From the NCBI GenBank assembly GCA_949841245.1, contig CATKYT010000005.1:1-46962 (forward strand): a DNA stretch of 46,962 nucleotides, written 5' to 3'. A model generated the notes under the pieces. It did no database searches. It was given only the letters and a program-made list of their open reading frames with translations, and had not been told where the DNA came from. Position numbers and translations under genes: made by a program. Numbering within the stretch: the stretch's first letter is position 1; each line of letters begins with the position of its first letter. This document shows positions 44,666-46,962 of this stretch, piece after piece. This stretch comes from an uncultured Eubacteriales bacterium (GTDB lineage: Bacteria; Bacillota; Clostridia; Christensenellales; UBA1242).

Positions 44666-46717
44666 TTATAATTTAGTAGCAACATCCCAAGCACGCCAAA
44701 TAACTGTTCTTAAATTGCCAACTTCATAAGCATCTCCAATGACATGAACATGTTTGCTTTCTTTTGCCAAAGGAGCAGGATTATAACCAATGGAAACTAT
44801 GACACTGTCTGCTTTGATTTCAGTTTTCTCGCCGTTTTTATTTGAAATGATCACTGCGTTCTTTTTAATCTCATTGCAAAAACTTTCAAGATGAACTGGC
44901 ACTTTGTTTGTTTTAAAGAAATCTCTAAGGAAAGAAGAATTTGCCAAACACAAACCATTTGCCACCATTAAGTCTTGTTTTGCTTCCACAATAACAGGTT
45001 TTTTACCTTTTAAATAAAGGTCATAAGCAATTTCACAGCCGGTTGCGCCACCACCGATGACTACAACATTTTCACCTACTTCTTTTCCGTTTAAATATTC
45101 CACTGCTTCAATGCTGTTTTCAATGCCTGTAAGTCTAAGTTTCTTTGCAGTTGAACCTGTTGCAACAATAACTTCATCAGCATTAAGTGCTTTAACATCA
45201 GTAACTTCTGTGTTAAACTTGATGTCAATGTTCATCAATTTCATTTGACGGCAATACCAAGCAATCAAAGCACGGTCTTGCTCTTTAAAAGATGGAGCAG
45301 AAGCAGCCACAAAAACGCCGCCAAGTTTATCTGTTTTTTCATAAATAGTTACTTTATGTCCGCGTTTTGTCAAAACAATTGCCGCTTCCATGCCACCAAT
45401 TCCACCACCCACAATGGCAATATTCTTTTGTTTTTTCGCGGGTTTATAGTCATATTTTCCACCGTCCATAGTCTGTGGGTTTAAAGCACAACGAGACATA
45501 TGAATAGAATCTGACATCGCACATGCATTCGCCACACCTTTATAGTGACTCATAGCAAGACAGGCATTATGGCAACAAATGCAAGGTTTAATGTCTTCAA
45601 GTCTGTCATCAATAAGTTTAGTTACCCATTCTGTGTCAACTAAGAATTGACGAGCAACACCCATTGCATCAATATCGCCTTTCTTAATTGCAGCAGCCGC
45701 TGTTGCAGGTTCCATTCTTCCAGCACAAACAACAGGAATATCAACAAACTTCCTGATGTGAGCAACATCTTCCAAATTGCAATTTACAGGCATATACATA
45801 GGTGGATGAGCCCAATACCAAGCATCATAAGTTCCGTTGTCAGCGTCAAGCATATCATATCCCGCATCTTGCAAATATTTTGCTGCTTTTTCGCTTTCTT
45901 TCATGTCACGACCAACTTCCTTAAATTTTTCACCAGGCAATGCACCTTCACAAAATCCTTTCGTCTTGCTGACAACAGAATATCTAAGCGAAACAGGATA
46001 ATCTTCTCCACATGCTTTTTTAATTGCTTTAACTACATCAGTTGCAAAACGAAATCTATTTTCAAAACTTCCGCCATATTCATCAGTTCTGTGATTGGTA
46101 TATTCAGTGGTAAACTGATCAAGCAAATAACCTTCATGAACAGCATGAATTTCCACACCATCCACACCAGCATCCTTACACATCTTTGCAGTCTTAGCAA
46201 ATGCACTTACCATTTTTTCAATCTGCTTAACTTTAAGTTCTGGGCACATAACACCTTCAGCCCATCTTGAAGGAAGTTTACTTGGTGAAGCACAAAGATA
46301 TTGAATGTCAAAAATAGGTTTAACAACTTTTGCCAAGGCTTTATTTTTAAGCATAGGCACCATATTAGTTGGAATGGAAAAAGAACGACCAAAACCAGCA
46401 GTCAATTGAACAAAAAGTTTTGCCCCAGTTTTGTGAAATTCTTCCATCCAAGGTTTTAATTTACGAAAAGATTTCTTGCTTTTGTAAAGCCATTGTCCCC
46501 CAATCAAATTTTTCAATGGAGCAATTCCAGGAATAATTAATCCAACATTATTTTTTGCCAAATCCATTAAAAAGTCAGCAGCATCTTTGTCAAAGTGATG
46601 TGGTTCCATCCATCCGAAAAGTGAAGTTCCACCCATAGGACAAAGCACAATCCTGTTTTTAATTTCAACATTACCTATTTTCCAAGGCGTGAAAAGTGGT
46701 TCATATTTTTTATTCAT
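44666..46717 (-). CDS. Two-domain Old Yellow Enzyme flavoprotein, 2-enoate reductase (Enr/FldZ)-like
   Basis: EIHAVHEGYLLDQF, RTDEYGGS, CICCHNAC Fe-S motif, GGGIGG and GGGATG Rossmann motifs. Confidence 0.9.
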   Translation of the reverse strand: MNKKYEPLFTPWKIGNVEIKNRIVLCPMGGTSLFGWMEPHHFDKDAADFLMDLAKNNVGLIIPGIAPLKNLIGGQWLYKSKKSFRKLKPWMEEFHKTGAKLFVQLTAGFGRSFSIPTNMVPMLKNKALAKVVKPIFDIQYLCASPSKLPSRWAEGVMCPELKVKQIEKMVSAFAKTAKMCKDAGVDGVEIHAVHEGYLLDQFTTEYTNHRTDEYGGSFENRFRFATDVVKAIKKACGEDYPVSLRYSVVSKTKGFCEGALPGEKFKEVGRDMKESEKAAKYLQDAGYDMLDADNGTYDAWYWAHPPMYMPVNCNLEDVAHIRKFVDIPVVCAGRMEPATAAAAIKKGDIDAMGVARQFLVDTEWVTKLIDDRLEDIKPCICCHNACLAMSHYKGVANACAMSDSIHMSRCALNPQTMDGGKYDYKPAKKQKNIAIVGGGIGGMEAAIVLTKRGHKVTIYEKTDKLGGVFVAASAPSFKEQDRALIAWYCRQMKLMNIDIKFNTEVTDVKALNADEVIVATGSTAKKLRLTGIENSIEAVEYLNGKEVGENVVVIGGGATGCEIAYDLYLKGKKPVIVEAKQDLMVANGLCLANSSFLRDFFKTNKVPVHLESFCNEIKKNAVIISNKNGEKTEIKADSVIVSIGYNPAPLAKESKHVHVIGDAYEVGNLRTVIWRAWDVATKL

Positions 46718-46735
46718 AACATCTCCTTATAATTA

Positions 46736-46775
46736 AGGATATAATTTCCAAAGAAAAATGTCAAATTATTAACAA
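46736..46775 (-). promoter_or_regulatory. Enoate reductase promoter with a Rex-like box over the -35
   Basis: TTGACA-17-TATCCT; TTGTTAA-TAAT-TTGACAT at 46775-46758. Confidence 0.5.
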
Positions 46776-46950
46776 ACAAATCAACAATAAAAAGTCCAAG
46801 CCCACTTAAAATAGCAAACTTAATTAAAAATTTAAAAACAATTTGAAAGAGAAAGAAGAAAACCCAGTAAAGATTTTTAAATGTAAATTTGTGCAAAAGT
46901 TATAGAAAATTATTTGATGTATGTTATAATGTTTTTAAGGAGAAATGGTT

Positions 46951-46962
46951 ATGTTTGAAATT
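46951..46962 (+). CDS. Start of a gene truncated by the window end
   Basis: Extended -10 (TGT-TATAAT), AAGGAG RBS, ATG TTT GAA ATT. Confidence 0.5.

Noticed and set aside
824-46896. Numerous short ORF-track entries overlapping or antisense to larger genes (e.g. 824-1132, 25110-25643, 29847-30401, 45647-46270, 46714-46896)
   Set aside because: Shadow frames of well-supported genes, with no RBS or recognisable motifs
1-46962. Alternative genetic code (TGA readthrough) as the explanation for split genes
   Set aside because: TGA ends tatD with a normal ATGA overlap into rsmA, and the splits need frame changes rather than readthrough

Overview
A 47-kb chromosomal segment from an AT-rich, spore-forming Firmicute. 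It is probably an uncultured Clostridia lineage; this is inferred from spmA/spmB, a SpoVB/YabM-like flippase, DUF1540/DUF6774-like genes and gene order. The genetic code is standard. The minus strand carries most housekeeping genes (rpmG-secE-nusG-rplK-rplA, argS, pgk-tpiA-dnaX-ybaB-recR, dusB, hup, tatD-rsmA) and a tRNA-Gly(CCC). Two convergent giant membrane-anchored Ig-like surface proteins (2780 and 1451 aa) fill 7.3-20.2 kb. Single orphan genes, several with their own sigma-A promoter and terminator, are interspersed among the core genes. The most notable signals are: (i) dnaX split at an A9 run so that only a frameshift gives the long tau-like product; (ii) a radical SAM gene with a C10 tract in its promoter spacer and a frameshift at A-runs, suggesting phase variation; (iii) a dif/Xer-like 28-bp site just upstream of the 2780-aa protein's promoter; (iv) repeated leaderless genes (-10 box, 6 nt, ATG); (v) candidate structured RNAs beside recR and rplA; (vi) solitary halves of defence/TA systems (KwaA-like, HicB-like, SecB-like, Xre+SLOG). 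No CRISPR array, transposase, integrase or rRNA was seen. All family calls are by-eye motif recognition, not database searches.
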